A stretch of DNA of 64,000 nucleotides from Myxococcota bacterium (GTDB lineage: Bacteria > Myxococcota_A > UBA9160 > SMWR01): the NCBI GenBank assembly GCA_039030075.1, contig JBCCEW010000014.1:51896-115895 (forward strand), read 5' to 3'. The position numbers were made by a program, and so were the translations under genes. This document shows positions 1 through 7,794 of this stretch, piece by piece. Under the pieces are notes generated by a model. The model was not told the DNA's origin and made no database searches. It saw only the letters and a program-made list of their open reading frames with translations. How positions within the stretch are numbered: the first letter of the stretch is position 1; every line of letters starts with the position of its first letter.

Positions 1-383
1 TCCGCAATCGGATCGCCGACAATCTCCGCGCGATCGTTTCGCTCCGCCTCCTGCCCAACAAGAAGGGCACGGCGCGGGTCCCGGCCGTCGAGCTGATGGT
101 CAGCACGCGCAGCATCCAGGAGTGCATCAAGGACCCGAACAAGACCCACGAGATCACCGAGTACATCGGAAAGGCCCGCGCCGAAGGCATGCAGACCTTC
201 GACCAGCACCTGCTGGACCTGCTGCGCGCCAACAAGATCTCCGTGGAAGTGGCGCTGTCGGCCGCTTCGAACCCGACTGATTTCAAGACCAAGCTCGCCA
301 TGGAAGGCGGGGATCCTGACTCCAGCGGCGCCGTCGAGCGGGTCATGGACCCGATGGAGCTCGACTCCGATGAGCGCTTCTAA
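1..383 (+). CDS. Type IV pilus retraction ATPase, PilT/PilU family (C-terminal fragment; 5' end lies outside the window)
   Basis: Frame 3 is open from the window edge. The translation ...RIADNLRAIVSLRLLPNKKGTARVPAVELMVSTRSIQECIKDPNKTHEI...GMQTFDQHLLDL matches the conserved C-terminal block of PilT/PilU ATPases. Stop TAA at 381-383. Confidence 0.8.
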   Translation, partial: RNRIADNLRAIVSLRLLPNKKGTARVPAVELMVSTRSIQECIKDPNKTHEITEYIGKARAEGMQTFDQHLLDLLRANKISVEVALSAASNPTDFKTKLAMEGGDPDSSGAVERVMDPMELDSDERF

Positions 384-403
384 GCGCCGGGGCACGGACG
401 GAC

Positions 404-1654
404 GTGGCTAAACCCGAAGATCCGATCCAACAGCTCGCCGCGGCACTGCGCCACGGAGCCAGCCAGGTGGCCGAGACCGCCCAGGGCGGGGTCGCACTGG
501 TGTTCGCCGTCGGCGAGGCCGGTCCCACCGATGTACGCCTCCGGGCTGCCGCGGGCTTCGCCACGCCGGAAGCCGCACGCGAAGCGGGGACCCACGCCGC
601 ACCCGAGGTGCGCGAGGCGCTGACCGAGGATCCGAGCGCGCGCTGCGCTGCGACGACGGCCCTGCTCCCTGGCGGCACCGAGATCCTGCCCCTGCGATCG
701 GGGGACGCGCTCCACGGCGCCCTCGTCGTGGGCTACGCCGAAGCGCCCTCCGACGCCGTCCAGGCAGCGGTCGCTGCGCGCGCCGACGAGATCGCGTTCC
801 GCTTCGAGCACGCGGAGCTCCAGACGGAATACGCCGCCCTGCGCAAGCAGCTCGACGCCGGCGACGAAGCCGCCGAGAAGGGCGACGAGGTCCTGCGCCT
901 CTCGGAAGCCCTCTTTGCCCAGGACATCGAGCTCCTGCGGAGCAACGAGAAGCTCGGCAAGATCGAGCGCCTAAAGAACGATTTCATCGAGAAGATGAGC
1001 CGCGAGCTTCGCACGCCGCTCAACCACATCATCGAGGCCATCATCTCGGTGCTGACCGGTGAGGACGCGACGCTGTCCGAGGCGGCGAAGGGTGCCCTGC
1101 GTACGGCCCTCGACGAGGGCAGCTCCTTCCTGCGCACCCTGCAGAACATCCTCGACCTCTGGCGCATCAAGCAGTCCGAGCTGCCCGTCGAGGTGCAGGA
1201 CGTGAACTTCCGCGAGCTCGTCGACGAGGCGATCTTCAGCGTCCAGGACTCACTGGGCGACAAGCCGATCCGCATCGAGACCGAGATCGTCGAGCCGTTC
1301 CCGCGCCTGCGCACCGACCTGGCGAAGCTCAACCAGGTCTTGTTCCTGCTGCTCGACAACGCGGCGAAGTTCACGCCCGAGGGCACGATCCAGATCCGCG
1401 GCCGCGTCGAAGACGACCGGCTCGAGATGACCATCGAAGACGACGGCATCGGCATCTGCCACGACGACCAGCCGTACATCTTCGACGAGTTCTACCAGGT
1501 GGACGAGCCGTCCTCGCAGAAGTATCCCGGTGCGGGCCTCGGCCTCACACTGGTCCGCGACCTGGTGACGCTGCTCGACGGCGAGGTCTCGCTGCAGAGC
1601 GACATCGGCCACGGCACGACCTTCACGGTCGAGATCCCGATCCAGACGGCCTAG
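404..1654 (+). CDS. Sensor histidine kinase-like protein (GAF-like N-terminus, HisKA-like, HATPase_c) with a non-canonical H-box (Arg in place of His)
   Basis: GTG start at 404. H-box-like KNDFIEKMSRELRTPLNHII, N-box LLLDNAAKFTPEG, G1 IEDDGIGI, F-box IFDEFYQVD and G2 GAGLGL are all present. Codon 1001-1003 is CGC (Arg) where the SHELRTPL consensus has the phospho-accepting His. Confidence 0.85.
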   Translation: MAKPEDPIQQLAAALRHGASQVAETAQGGVALVFAVGEAGPTDVRLRAAAGFATPEAAREAGTHAAPEVREALTEDPSARCAATTALLPGGTEILPLRSGDALHGALVVGYAEAPSDAVQAAVAARADEIAFRFEHAELQTEYAALRKQLDAGDEAAEKGDEVLRLSEALFAQDIELLRSNEKLGKIERLKNDFIEKMSRELRTPLNHIIEAIISVLTGEDATLSEAAKGALRTALDEGSSFLRTLQNILDLWRIKQSELPVEVQDVNFRELVDEAIFSVQDSLGDKPIRIETEIVEPFPRLRTDLAKLNQVLFLLLDNAAKFTPEGTIQIRGRVEDDRLEMTIEDDGIGICHDDQPYIFDEFYQVDEPSSQKYPGAGLGLTLVRDLVTLLDGEVSLQSDIGHGTTFTVEIPIQTA

Positions 1655-1775
1655 TCGCGGATCCGCCCTCGCAGGGCGCGGTCCGGACCCTTCGTCGCCA
1701 GCGAGCGACGTGCGCCGCAGGAGCCGCGGCGATGCGAGCGGGCGGAACGCGCGGCGCGAGCCGCGCGCGGCGAGG

Positions 1776-1985
1776 CTAGTCGGCCTCTTCCTCGCTCGGG
1801 TAGTCGGGCTTGATGTAGCCCGCGGCGATCTCGCGCAGCGAGGTCACCACTTCCTTGTTCTCGTCCGAGCTCACCAGGGAACGCGCCCCCTTCTTGAGCT
1901 GCTTGGTGCGAATGGAGGCCATCTGCACGAGGTGGAACCGGTTCGGGACCTTCTCGATGCAGTCTTCGACAGTGATGCGAGCCAT
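1776..1985 (-). CDS. rpoZ: DNA-directed RNA polymerase subunit omega
   Basis: 69 aa. [34 protein letters not shown] is the canonical omega N-terminus. GGAGG lies 6 nt upstream of ATG 1985. Confidence 0.95.
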   Translation of the reverse strand: MARITVEDCIEKVPNRFHLVQMASIRTKQLKKGARSLVSSDENKEVVTSLREIAAGYIKPDYPSEEEAD

Positions 1986-2053
1986 GGGAACCTCCCCCCG
2001 CGGGGTTCAAGGAAGCGAAGTCGGAGCGTAGGCCAGCCCCAGAGACAAGGAAA

Positions 2054-2079
2054 CCCCGGCCGGCTAACGCCGGCCGGGG
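2054..2079 (-). terminator. Candidate intrinsic terminator after the histone-like gene
   Basis: Perfect 11-bp GC stem (CCCCGGCCGGC / GCCGGCCGGGG) with a 4-nt loop, about 37 nt downstream of the stop at 2117. On the minus strand it is followed only by a short TTTCC, so the U-tract is weak. Confidence 0.45.
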
Positions 2080-2116
2080 TCCTCGGACCTTCCAGAGAAG
2101 GCCGAATCGACCAGCT

Positions 2117-2449
2117 CTACCGCTTCTTGCGGCGAGCCTTCTTGCGCGTGGCCTTCTTGCGCGTGGCCTTCTTCCGACGAGAAGCCTTCTTGCGCGTGGC
2201 CTTCTTGCGGCGAGCCTTCTTGCGCGTCGCCTTCTTGCGCGTGGCCTTCTTCTTTCGAGTGGCCTTCTTCTTGCGTCGCGCCTTCTTGCGAGTCGCCTTC
2301 TTGCGAGTCGCCTTCTTGCGGGTCGCCTTCTTGCGCGTGGCCTTCTTACGAGTGGCCTTCTTGCGCCGGGCCTTCTTGCGAGTCGCCTTCTTGCGAGTCG
2401 CCTTCTTGCGCGTGGCCTTCTTGCGAGAGGCCTTCTTTCGAGCTGCCAT
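2117..2449 (-). CDS. Lys/Arg/Ala-rich histone H1-like (AlgP/Hc1-like) repeat protein
   Basis: 110 aa. MAA followed by about 20 tandem pentapeptides RKKA(T/R/S), a few carrying an extra K or R. ATG at 2449. The 303-aa AFLRV-repeat ORF on the opposite strand is its mirror image. Confidence 0.75.
   Translation of the reverse strand: MAARKKASRKKATRKKATRKKATRKKARRKKATRKKATRKKATRKKATRKKATRKKARRKKKATRKKKATRKKATRKKARRKKATRKKASRRKKATRKKATRKKARRKKR
2120..2443. repeat. Tandem 15-bp coding repeat (about 20 units, GCCTTCTTGCG(C/A)GT(G/C) on the plus strand)
   Basis: Directly visible as consecutive gccttcttgcgcgtg / gccttcttgcgagtc units. Occasional 18-bp variants match the extra K/R residues. Confidence 0.9.
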
Positions 2450-2651
2450 TTGTGGGTTACCCCCCTTGTCGAATGCTCGATCCCGCGGTCTGCGGCTTCC
2501 GCGTCCCCGTCGAGGAACAGAATTCCTCGCCGTCGCTTGGAGCTACAGCCAGTCGGTTCTGCCCCCTATCGGAGACCGGAAACCACCACTTGAAGGCAAT
2601 CTGCCTCCGTTCTCTCGATAAACCGCGGTCATAGAGCAACTCTTGCGGATG

Positions 2652-2681
2652 ACTCTAACAGCGTTTTTTCGGGCTCGTCAA
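2652..2681 (-). promoter_or_regulatory. Candidate sigma70-type promoter for the histone-like gene
   Basis: Read on the minus strand: TTGACG (2681-2676), 18-nt spacer, TAGAGT (2657-2652), inside the only AT-rich patch of this intergenic region. It would give a 5' UTR of about 200 nt. Confidence 0.3.
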
Positions 2682-2854
2682 GGCACAACCCTAAAAAAAT
2701 CAAGGCGATGCGAAGCCTAACTGCGGGCGTCGAACCAGACTTCGCACCAACTGAAGGGCACGCATCGTCCCGCCGATGCGAGCGCAGTTGGCGCGCGCGC
2801 CCATGGCGAGCTATCCCTCCGCTCCCCGTAGCCCGTGACCGCGAGGAATGGCCC

Positions 2855-2947
2855 TTGGGCAGTGTGATCAAGAAGCGTCGGAAGAAGATGCGCAAGCACA
2901 AGAAGCGCAAGCTGCTCCGACGCGCCCGCCACAAGCGGAAGCGCTAG
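2855..2947 (+). CDS. 30-aa bS22-like (AURKAIP1/COX24-domain) small basic ribosomal protein
   Basis: TTG start at 2855, 6 nt after GAGGAA (2843-2848). The product (M)GSVIKKRRKKMRKHKKRKLLRRARHKRKR matches the MGSVIKKRRKRM..KKKHRKLL signature of the bS22 family. In the ORF track it is buried in a 79-aa ORF (2708-2947). Confidence 0.8.
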   Translation: MGSVIKKRRKKMRKHKKRKLLRRARHKRKR

Positions 2948-3136
2948 CCCACGCCGCCGGGCACCCCGGCGCGCAGCCCCAATCCCGGTCACCCCACGCT
3001 CTGCCCATGGCGCACGTGAGGGTCATCGGCGCCCGGATCGGTGCGTCCCGGTTTCCGGAGCCGAGATTCGGAGCCGAGACACACGTCTTCGATCGCACCC
3101 AGGGTGCGCGCGTCGCTCCGCGGATCGCGCCCCGCT

Positions 3137-3619
3137 CTAGGGAGCGAGGGAGGCCACCGGCTCCGCAGGTGTCAACCCGACCCGGCCGATGAAGCGACCG
3201 AGCCAGCGGTTGATCGCGTTCTCGCGCCGCAGGAAACCGAGCGGCGGACGGCGTCGAACGCCGAGATCGGCCAGCGAGGCGGCGATCGGCTCGTTGCCGG
3301 GGTCGATCATGAGCCCGCGTCGCAGCAGGCGGATCGCCTCGGCCTTGAACCCGAAGGCCAGGTGGAGCCGCGCCAGATTGTGGTAGTGGACCGGGTCGAA
3401 GAACTCATCGCGCGCTGCCGACCGGCAGAGCTCGAGGGCCTGCTCCCAGCGTCGCTCGCAAAGCCCCAGGGAAAGGCCGAAGTAGGAGCGATAGCGGGCC
3501 GAACCCGGGTCGAGGCGATTGGCCTCTCGGAAGTGGCCCAGAGCCCGGTCGAAGGACTCGTCGCGCAGATCGTCGCAGCCCAGGCGAAAGTGATCCTGGG
3601 CGCTCGCTAGGGTGCTCAT
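3137..3619 (-). CDS. TPR repeat protein
   Basis: Internal ATG at 3619 (MSTLASAQDHFRLG...) preceded by GAGGAG. TPR-like helices (ALGHFREANRLDPGSARYRSYFGLSL..., HYHNLARLHLAFGFKAEAIRLLRRGLMIDPGN). The 88 codons upstream in the track ORF look non-coding. Confidence 0.7.
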   Translation of the reverse strand: MSTLASAQDHFRLGCDDLRDESFDRALGHFREANRLDPGSARYRSYFGLSLGLCERRWEQALELCRSAARDEFFDPVHYHNLARLHLAFGFKAEAIRLLRRGLMIDPGNEPIAASLADLGVRRRPPLGFLRRENAINRWLGRFIGRVGLTPAEPVASLAP

Positions 3620-3743
3620 GGGAAAGCGAACTCCTCGCTTCCGCCGCGCAGGATGCGGACGGGGGGTGTGCCCTGTCACAGACGCAAGCGCCGTGCCGCC
3701 GGCAATCCCCGTGCAACCGCCGCCCCCAGAGTCCCCCAGTCCT

Positions 3744-3833
3744 CGCGAATTCGCGCTTCGCACGCTCCGCCCCCCGACGATCCGCGAAGTTCGAAGTGGT
3801 ACTTCGCGCGTTCCACTTCGTACTTCGCGCGTT
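3744..3833. promoter_or_regulatory. Cluster of CGCGAA/TTCGCG-containing palindromes and direct repeats upstream of the TPR gene
   Basis: 12-bp perfect palindrome CGCGAATTCGCG (3744-3755). Inverted repeat CGAAGTGG (3792-3799) / CCACTTCG (3813-3820). 14-bp perfect direct repeat GTACTTCGCGCGTT at 3799-3812 and 3820-3833 (21-bp period). Confidence 0.4.
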
Positions 3834-3914
3834 GCCGGTCGGTGAACCCTCGCGCCCTGCCGGTGACACCCGACCGGCGACACCTGGAGACGGGAAGTCG
3901 GCGCGCGTGGGCGC

Positions 3915-5732
3915 TCAGCTTTCGAGGAGCGTCAGCTTCTCGCGTGCTTCGAACTCACCCCGCAGCCCTGCGTAGTCGTCCGCCGTGAACGCGCGGAAGG
4001 CCGCATCCCCGCGCTGTCGCCAGAAGAGCGGCGCATCGGGCAGCGCCGTGCGGTTGAAGTGCACACGTTTCAGGTTCCGCACCAACACCTTCTGGGTCTG
4101 GGTGTACTCGAACTCGTCGACCAGGCGGATGTAGTCGGGGATCCACTTCGGGTCCATCCCGCCATGGGAGACCTGTTCCCGACAGAACGCGTAGAAGCCC
4201 TCCGGATCGAACTGTGCCCCCTCACGCAGCTTCAGCGCCGCCATCACGAGCTCGTCCGAGACCGAGCAGGGTGCGCCAAAGGCCGCCGCGAGGACGACGT
4301 CCGGGTGCTCCTGGAGGATGCGCGCCACCTGGGCCGCCGAGAAGTTCTCGCCGTCCTTGCGGATCCAGTCGTCCGTTCGGCCGTCGAAGAACAGGTAGCG
4401 GGTGCCGTCGCGCTCGAGGATGTGGCCGAGGTCGCCCGAGTGATAGATGCCTTCGCGGTACTTCGACGCGTTGGCTTCGGGGTTGCCGAAGTAGCCCTGG
4501 AAGAGGGCCGTATCGTCGGCCACCCGGCAGATTTCGCCCACCGCCTCGCCGTAGTTCGTGATCTTGCCGTCCTCGTCCAAGAGCGCGTTGGCACAGGGTT
4601 TTCCGCTCTCGTCGAGGATCTGGACGGCCGGGTCGGTGACCTCGCCCACGCTCCCGCGCGGGTCGTTCTTCGTGCGGAAGGTGCTGATCGCGGCCTCGGT
4701 CGAGCCGTAGAGCTCGAACATGTCCTCCAGCCCCAGCCAGTCGATGAAGCGATCGATGTCGGGCGGGGCCGCACCGTTGCCCACCGCGTATTGAAAGCGA
4801 TTGTCCGGGTGGTTCGTCACCTCGGCCCGCAAACGGGCGAGGTCGTCTCCGTACTCGCGCTGCAAAGCGCCGAGGATGTAGTGGACGGGCTCGCCGACGT
4901 AGTTCCAATACGTGACGCCGTAGCGCAGTACGTCGGGCACGAAGGCGCTGGCGCTGAAGCGCGGCCGCATCGAGAGCGCGCCTCCCGAGAAGAAGGCCGG
5001 CATGTAGCCGAGAAACAGTGCGTTCGAGTGGAAGAGCGGCATGCACGCGTAGCCGACCGCGCTCGGGTCCAGCCCGAGCTGACCGGTCAACCGCGCACCG
5101 ATCGCGAGCAGCTTGAAGTGATTGTTGTTGATGCCCTTCGGAAGCCCGGTCGTTCCCGAGGTGTAGATCACCACCAGGTTCGTCTCGGGCTGCACGTCCA
5201 CCGCGGGGGTGTCCAAGCTCTTCTCCGCGGTCCCGACCTCGGCGTCGATGCACGCCATGACGTCGCGCGGCCCGAGGGACGCGTCGCTCTCGGTGCGCAG
5301 GACCAGGATGTTCTCGTCCGGGATGTGGTGCAGCCGGGAGCGGACCTTCTCCACTTCGGGGTAGAGCCGCTCGTCCACGACCAGCAGCTCGGCCTCCGAG
5401 TGATCGAGAACCCCCGCCAGCGTTTCCCCGCGCAGTCCCGAGTTGACGCCGAACAGCGTATAGCCCTGATAGCCACAGCCCCCGAAGAGCGTCAGCAGCT
5501 CCGCGTGGTTCTCGAGCAGCATCGCCACGTGGCCCGTGCGTCCTCGGGCAGCGCCGAGACGCTGCCCGAGGAAGCGCGCCCAGCGCACCGACTCGTCACG
5601 CACCTGTTTCCAGGTGAAGCGACGGTCTCCGTCGAGCAGCGCAGTCGCGTTTTCGAGATCCGGGTGACTGGCGCGCGCGTCGAGCTGAGCGCCGATAACG
5701 AAGGGCTGATCCTGGGGAGGCGAGAAAGCCAA
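3915..5732 (-). CDS. AMP-dependent acyl-CoA synthetase/ligase (FadD-like)
   Basis: 605 aa. AMP-binding motif IYTSGTTGLPKG and the later YHSGDLG / KDGENF blocks. TTG start at 5732 preceded by GGGAGA. Confidence 0.9.
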   Translation of the reverse strand: MAFSPPQDQPFVIGAQLDARASHPDLENATALLDGDRRFTWKQVRDESVRWARFLGQRLGAARGRTGHVAMLLENHAELLTLFGGCGYQGYTLFGVNSGLRGETLAGVLDHSEAELLVVDERLYPEVEKVRSRLHHIPDENILVLRTESDASLGPRDVMACIDAEVGTAEKSLDTPAVDVQPETNLVVIYTSGTTGLPKGINNNHFKLLAIGARLTGQLGLDPSAVGYACMPLFHSNALFLGYMPAFFSGGALSMRPRFSASAFVPDVLRYGVTYWNYVGEPVHYILGALQREYGDDLARLRAEVTNHPDNRFQYAVGNGAAPPDIDRFIDWLGLEDMFELYGSTEAAISTFRTKNDPRGSVGEVTDPAVQILDESGKPCANALLDEDGKITNYGEAVGEICRVADDTALFQGYFGNPEANASKYREGIYHSGDLGHILERDGTRYLFFDGRTDDWIRKDGENFSAAQVARILQEHPDVVLAAAFGAPCSVSDELVMAALKLREGAQFDPEGFYAFCREQVSHGGMDPKWIPDYIRLVDEFEYTQTQKVLVRNLKRVHFNRTALPDAPLFWRQRGDAAFRAFTADDYAGLRGEFEAREKLTLLES

Positions 5733-5899
5733 GGCGAATCTCCCGGGTGCGGTGCGACGTGCGTCGCGATCCTACCAGGGAACGAGGCTGTCTCGAACCG
5801 ACGAAGCCGCGTACTGCGACGCGCCGGTGGCGACGCGCAAGCCGGGCGGCCGCCCTGTCGGGCAAGCCGACGGGCGCATCCGGGGGTTTGGGAGCGCTC

Positions 5900-6133
5900 T
5901 CAGTACTCGATGATCTCGAGGATGTAGCGCTTCTTCTCTTTGCCACTCGCCGCCGCCATCAGCGTCCGAATGGCGGAAGCGTGCGCCCCACCCTTCCCGA
6001 TCACCTTGCCCAGATCCTCTTTCGCGACCCGGAGCTCCAGGACGTGGGCGTGCTCCCCAATCACTTCCTTGATCTGGACTTCTTCCGGTCGATCGACCAG
6101 CGCTTGCACGATCGCAGTGATCAGCGACTTCAC
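5900..6133 (-). CDS. KH-domain RNA-binding protein (UPF0109/YlqC-like)
   Basis: GTG at 6133 lies 5 nt after GGAGG and gives 77 aa. (M)KSLITAIVQALVDRPEEVQIKEV...LGKVIGKGGAHASAIRTL contains the GKGG KH loop. The longer 118-aa track ORF adds a non-homologous N-terminus. Confidence 0.8.
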   Translation of the reverse strand: MKSLITAIVQALVDRPEEVQIKEVIGEHAHVLELRVAKEDLGKVIGKGGAHASAIRTLMAAASGKEKKRYILEIIEY

Positions 6134-6328
6134 CGGTGCCTCCACTTCTGCATCGGCGGCGCCAGAATCCCCCCGGCTCGCCCCCCCGCGAAGACCGGCC
6201 TGGTGCCGCTCGGCCCGATGCCCCTCGGCATCACCATAGCGCAGTCGGACCGCCATGAATACGCGACTTTGGGTCCCACCTGCCCGCGACTGCTCAAGTT
6301 TCGGCGAACGCTACCCGATCTCTGGGAG

Positions 6329-6991
6329 GTGCCGATCCTGACTTTCGACGATGTGTGTATGGGGTTTGGGCCCCAAGCCGATCTCCTGCGCGAACTGGCG
6401 TTTCAGGTGGGTGCCGGCGAGACCGTGGGGATCCAGGGGGCGAACGGGGTCGGCAAGTCGACCCTCCTGCGGCTGGCCGCCGGACTGCTGCGCCCCCGAC
6501 GGGGCCAGATCCGGGTCCTCGACGCGGAGGCGCCCGTCGCGCGCCGCCGTGGCTGGATCGGCTGGTGCCATCCGGACACGGGCTTCCTGCGGCGGGTCTC
6601 GCTGCGGACGAACCTGGCGACCCTCACCCGCTTCGACCGGTCGCCAAGTGCATCCCTCGCGGACCGCCTCGAGACCCTCGCCGAAGGGCTCGGCCTCACG
6701 CCCTATCTGGAGGTTCCGTGCGAACGCTGCTCGAGCGGCACCCTACAACGCGCGCGCCTGGTGCAAGTACTCCTGCGCTCACCGCGCGTCGCGCTGCTCG
6801 ACGAGCCCCTGCGCGGGATCGATGCGGCCAGCCGACCGGGCGTTGCGCGCTTCGTGCGTCGCCAGCTCGGAGCCGCCGCCTGTCTCTGGGTCAGCCATTC
6901 CCAGGACGAACTCGACGGCGTCGCCGACAAGGCGCTGACACTCCACGACGGTCGACTCCACGCCGGAGCCCGCCACGCGGCGGCGGCATGA
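6329..6991 (+). CDS. ABC transporter ATP-binding protein
   Basis: Walker A GANGVGKST, Walker B ALLDEP, H-loop VSHS, and a degenerate signature CSSGTLQR. The GTG start at 6329 was chosen so that the N-terminal beta-strand ILTFDDV is included; the start is uncertain. Confidence 0.85.
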   Translation: MPILTFDDVCMGFGPQADLLRELAFQVGAGETVGIQGANGVGKSTLLRLAAGLLRPRRGQIRVLDAEAPVARRRGWIGWCHPDTGFLRRVSLRTNLATLTRFDRSPSASLADRLETLAEGLGLTPYLEVPCERCSSGTLQRARLVQVLLRSPRVALLDEPLRGIDAASRPGVARFVRRQLGAAACLWVSHSQDELDGVADKALTLHDGRLHAGARHAAAA

Positions 6992-7794
6992 CCCGCTTCG
7001 TCCGCCAGTGCCTGGCCGTCGCACACCGCGACGCCGCCGTGCATCGAAGCTACGGCTGGACCGCCTGGCTCGGATTGGGCACCGCGGCGCTGGGCCTGCT
7101 GTCGTACTTCTTCATCGGCAAGTTGGTCTCCCCGCAGACGACGCTCCTGCCGGGAGGCGACTACTTCGCCTTCGTCTGGCTCGGCGTGACCCTGCAGCTG
7201 TGGGTCACCGCGACGCTCAGCGGATTGGGACACGGGCTCGCCCGGCAGGCGGCCGAGGGCACCCTCGAGAGTTCTCTCGCCGCAGGCGCGTCCCCGCTGG
7301 CGCTGGTGTTCGGTCCCGCGCTCGTGCCGAGCGCCTTTGCGTTGGTTCAGGCGGTGATCACGCTGGGCCTGGGTCTCGGCGTGTTCGGGTTGCACCTCGA
7401 GGCGAGCGGCTGGGCGCTGGCGGGCTTCGCCATCGTCGCAACGCTGGTCGCCTGTGCGCCGATCGGCATCGTCGGTGCCTGCGCGTGGCTGGTCACGCGT
7501 CGCTCGGGATGGGTAATCAGCGCAACCCTGCTGGGATTCAGCGTGTTCGGGGGCGTGTACTTCCCGGTGGCGCTGCTGCCCGAGCCCTGGTCGGAGGTCG
7601 CACGCTGGGTACCGATCCAGGCGGGCCTCGAAGCGGCGCGCGGGGCGCTGCTCGAGGGCGCATCGTGGACGTCGTCCCAGACGGCCCTCCTCCGCCTCGC
7701 GTTGCTCAGCCTTGCCGGACTCCCGCTTTCGCTGGCCTGCTTCCGCTGGGCGCTGCGCCGCGCGGAACGGCGTGGTGATCTCGCGCTCGCCTGA
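6988..7794 (+). CDS. ABC-2 type transporter permease
   Basis: ATG at 6988 overlaps the ATPase stop (ATGA). 268 aa with about 6 hydrophobic segments, the typical ABC-2 size. Confidence 0.8.
   Translation: MTRFVRQCLAVAHRDAAVHRSYGWTAWLGLGTAALGLLSYFFIGKLVSPQTTLLPGGDYFAFVWLGVTLQLWVTATLSGLGHGLARQAAEGTLESSLAAGASPLALVFGPALVPSAFALVQAVITLGLGLGVFGLHLEASGWALAGFAIVATLVACAPIGIVGACAWLVTRRSGWVISATLLGFSVFGGVYFPVALLPEPWSEVARWVPIQAGLEAARGALLEGASWTSSQTALLRLALLSLAGLPLSLACFRWALRRAERRGDLALA

Noticed and set aside
1710-2621. 303-aa plus-strand ORF with a striking (AFLRV)n repeat
   Set aside because: It is the reverse-complement reading of the RKKAT repeat gene. The minus-strand frame has a clean ATG and a hairpin terminator. 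The plus-strand ORF would also have to run antisense through rpoZ.
2715-2760. GGTTCGAC-containing stretch on the minus strand that superficially resembles a tRNA T-loop
   Set aside because: The flanking bases do not form a T-stem, and no acceptor or anticodon arms can be drawn.
4059-5927. 622-aa plus-strand ORF opposite the acyl-CoA synthetase gene
   Set aside because: It is the antisense frame of a gene with a clear AMP-binding motif. It has no recognisable motifs and a high-GC artefact composition.
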